In this document: positions 57,615 through 60,066 of the stretch, piece after piece
Position numbering within the stretch: the first letter of the stretch is position 1
Layout: each line of letters opens with the position of its first letter
Position numbers and translations under genes: made by a program
Notes under the pieces: generated by a model
The model's input: the letters and a program-made list of their open reading frames with translations, nothing else
Database searches by the model: none
Told to the model about the DNA's origin: nothing
IMG/VR virus record: IMGVR_UViG_3300027367_000243
Coordinates: 1 to 60,066 of that record
DNA from: a virus
Taxonomy: Duplodnaviria > Caudoviricetes
Length of the DNA stretch: 60,066 nucleotides
Strand: one strand, 5' to 3'

Positions 57615-59329
57615 AAGAACTTATAGATCAATCATTAAGTAAAGGTATATTTGGTGAAGGCTTTGAATTCAGAGCAGGACAGAGAGAAGTTATTGAAGCT
57701 ATCTGCAATCATTACATTGAAGATCCACAAGGGACTATTATTTTAGATGCCCCAACTGGAAGCGGTAAATCACTAATTGCTATGTGGTCCGCGCACATTC
57801 TCAAAGAATTAGGTAAAAGAGGTTATTTAGTAACCTCTGATCTAATGCTACAAGATCAATATGAAGAAGACTTTAAAAGGCTAAAACTTAATTGGCCCAG
57901 TATAAGAGGAGTAGACAATTACACATGTAGCGTAAATGATCTTCCATTCTCACTTGCTGATTGTAAGATGAAAGGGATTGGGTATGAAGCTGCCGAGAAA
58001 TTAAAATGCTGGGGAACTTGTGGGTATCTACAAGGCCGCCGGCGCGCAAAGGAGCTACCTGTAGCTCTCTTTAACTATTCATACTATCTAATACAAAGGA
58101 ATTATGTAGAGGATAAGATGCAAGAACAAGACAGAGAGATACCATTTCCTATAAGAGACTTTGTATTCTTTGATGAGGCACATAAGGTAGACAGTATAGT
58201 GCAATCACACTTTAGTCCTAGAATAGACATGGGTACACCAAAGTTATTTAAAGAGGTAAACAAGTTTATACAGAAGCATGGTCTGCAAACTGCCTGGGTA
58301 TCTGATAACAGAATAGAAGACATTGTTGACCGCTTAATGCGGGAAGACGATCACCAGGAGCTCATGAGGCACATCAGCGAATTCAGAGGTATAGCCAAGG
58401 TTTACCGCAAGGCCAGAACTGCAGCCCTTAAGGTCAGCAAACTACAGTATCGGATGGGAGACATCCCTAAAGAATGGCAGAGCTTTTTTGGGCGCATGGA
58501 TAGACTTAAAGATATATGGTGCAAATTTGATGACTATCATGACATTATTAAAGAACTCGGAAATGACGCTATCGTTATTGATCGTAAAGAAACTGAAGTA
58601 AAGTTCTTATGTTTAGAGGAAGCAATGATGATTGATAAATTCTTACAAAAGAAAAGTGGCTTTAAAGTATTTATGTCAGCGACTCTAGGGGATATTAGAT
58701 CATTTGCAAAACATACTAGTATGGGAGCTGCAAAGGTTATTAGGATGAACAATAATTTCGATTACAAAAAATCCCCCATCGTTTTCATTAACAGGCATAA
58801 ATTATCTTTTAGAGAACGCGAAATAAATCTCCCCCATGTAGTTAAGACTTTAGATAAGATCTTAGACAAACATAAAGGACAAAGTGGAATTATTCACGCC
58901 GGCTCCTATCAGTTCATGAATGAAATTAATGCCAGATCAAAACATAGCTTTAACCTAATAACCTATGACATGGCTAAAGAAAGGGGACCTGCGATAGATG
59001 TATTTAAACAATCTGAAGGTAAGGTCTTAGTTGGGCCGTCTCTTTTAGAAGGCCTAGATCTTAAAGATGACAAGTCTAGATTTCAGATCTTCTTTAAAGT
59101 ACCCTATCCATCTCTTGGCGATCCATTAGTGAAAGCTAAGATGAATACATTCCCAGGATGGTATGATTGGAAAACCGGAATAGCAATACAACAAGGAGCT
59201 GGGAGATCAATAAGATCTAAAGATGATTGGGCAGTAACTTATATCCTGGATGCTTGCTTTAGAAGCTTGATAAATAAAACAGGATTCTTCCCTCCTTCTT
59301 TTGAGGAGAGACTTAAAACAATAAACTAA
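57593..59329 (+). CDS. DinG/XPD-family SF2 helicase
   Basis: FRAGQ, APTGSGKS, Cys cluster, DEAH, MSATL, EGLD, KVPYP, QGAGRSIRS..D. Confidence 0.9.
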   Translation: MLERGTVKELIDQSLSKGIFGEGFEFRAGQREVIEAICNHYIEDPQGTIILDAPTGSGKSLIAMWSAHILKELGKRGYLVTSDLMLQDQYEEDFKRLKLNWPSIRGVDNYTCSVNDLPFSLADCKMKGIGYEAAEKLKCWGTCGYLQGRRRAKELPVALFNYSYYLIQRNYVEDKMQEQDREIPFPIRDFVFFDEAHKVDSIVQSHFSPRIDMGTPKLFKEVNKFIQKHGLQTAWVSDNRIEDIVDRLMREDDHQELMRHISEFRGIAKVYRKARTAALKVSKLQYRMGDIPKEWQSFFGRMDRLKDIWCKFDDYHDIIKELGNDAIVIDRKETEVKFLCLEEAMMIDKFLQKKSGFKVFMSATLGDIRSFAKHTSMGAAKVIRMNNNFDYKKSPIVFINRHKLSFREREINLPHVVKTLDKILDKHKGQSGIIHAGSYQFMNEINARSKHSFNLITYDMAKERGPAIDVFKQSEGKVLVGPSLLEGLDLKDDKSRFQIFFKVPYPSLGDPLVKAKMNTFPGWYDWKTGIAIQQGAGRSIRSKDDWAVTYILDACFRSLINKTGFFPPSFEERLKTIN

Positions 59330-59919
59330 TGGCATATAGCGTAATAATAATCGACGATTTTTACAATAACCCACTTGAAGTTAGAGAGTTTGCATTAAAT
59401 GCAGATTTTGATGTTGATGGTAATTATCCGGGTATTAGAACAAAATCATTTTTAACACAAAGTATTAAAGATCATATAAACGGTCACATGGAAACTTTGC
59501 ACGGAAAGATAAAATGGCCAGAACCAGGTCAAGAACAATATACAGGTGCTTTCCAATATACAACTGCTAGAGATAGAACTTGGATCCATGCTGATAGCTG
59601 GAACAAATGGGCAGGTGTTTGTTATTTAACTCCTGATGCTCCCCTATCTGGAGGAACTGGTTTATTTAAACATAAAGAAACGGGATTAATAGCAGCTCCT
59701 AAATTGGCTAACGGTGAAACAGATCGCGATGCTTTAGATATAATAAATAACGACGGACAAGATTATACTAAGTGGGAAAGAACTGATACGATCGCGAACG
59801 TCTTTAACAGATTAGTAATTTATAGAGGAGATCACTTTCACGCATCTTTAGATTACTTTGGAAAAGATATTAATGATGGAAGATTGTTTCAAACATTCTT
59901 CTTTGACACAGAAAAATAA
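59329..59919 (+). CDS. 2OG-Fe(II) oxygenase-like protein
   Basis: IDDFY, WIHAD (HxD), YLTP...GGT, FNRLVIY...FH, RLFQTFF. Confidence 0.75.
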   Translation: MAYSVIIIDDFYNNPLEVREFALNADFDVDGNYPGIRTKSFLTQSIKDHINGHMETLHGKIKWPEPGQEQYTGAFQYTTARDRTWIHADSWNKWAGVCYLTPDAPLSGGTGLFKHKETGLIAAPKLANGETDRDALDIINNDGQDYTKWERTDTIANVFNRLVIYRGDHFHASLDYFGKDINDGRLFQTFFFDTEK

Positions 59920-59924
59920 ACAAC

Positions 59925-60066
59925 ATGGGATTTAATAAAATGTTTCTACCAGAAGAACAAGAATTAAAAGATTTTTTAACAGAGCATGGTAAACAAGGCT
60001 TCCACGATCGATGGGTTTTACCATTTAAAAAGAGAGATGCAATCATAGGTCCTAGTGAAAGTATTG
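59925..60066 (+). CDS. hypothetical protein, truncated by window end
   Basis: ATG 59925, open to the end (MGFNKMFLPEEQELK...). Confidence 0.55.
   Translation, partial: MGFNKMFLPEEQELKDFLTEHGKQGFHDRWVLPFKKRDAIIGPSESI

Overview
This AT-rich window has every credible gene on the + strand, densely packed and read in the standard code. It looks like part of a very large (jumbo/mega) tailed phage, probably with a Bacteroidota host: it has a Bacteroidota-type bS21 and ClpP, A-rich start contexts without Shine-Dalgarno sequences, and a TAnnTTTG-like promoter element. 1-8.5 kb holds metabolic and proteostasis genes: epimerase, cysteine synthase, ThyA, a second TS-fold enzyme with a dCMP-type Asp, a ClpC lacking its N-domain, and ClpP. 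8.5-30 kb is a virion fibre module with four Gly-X-Y proteins, coiled-coil and lectin-like proteins and S74 chaperone domains. It is followed (30.6-33.6 kb) by a 2OG-Fe(II) oxygenase, a GT-B glycosyltransferase and a GT25/PLOD-type lysyl hydroxylase fusion, which together may form a collagen-modification system. 34-60 kb holds chaperones, bS21, PhoH, RNase HII, GlyA, UvsE, an orphan PvuII-like nuclease, putative head-packaged proteins (including a 1247-aa likely polyprotein), a Hint-domain protein, dCMP deaminase and a DinG-like helicase. Three recurring promoter-like motifs, four small proteins with UVR-like tails (candidate ClpC adaptors) and a candidate small RNA are visible directly in the sequence. 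All family assignments come from motif recognition by eye; no database search was run.
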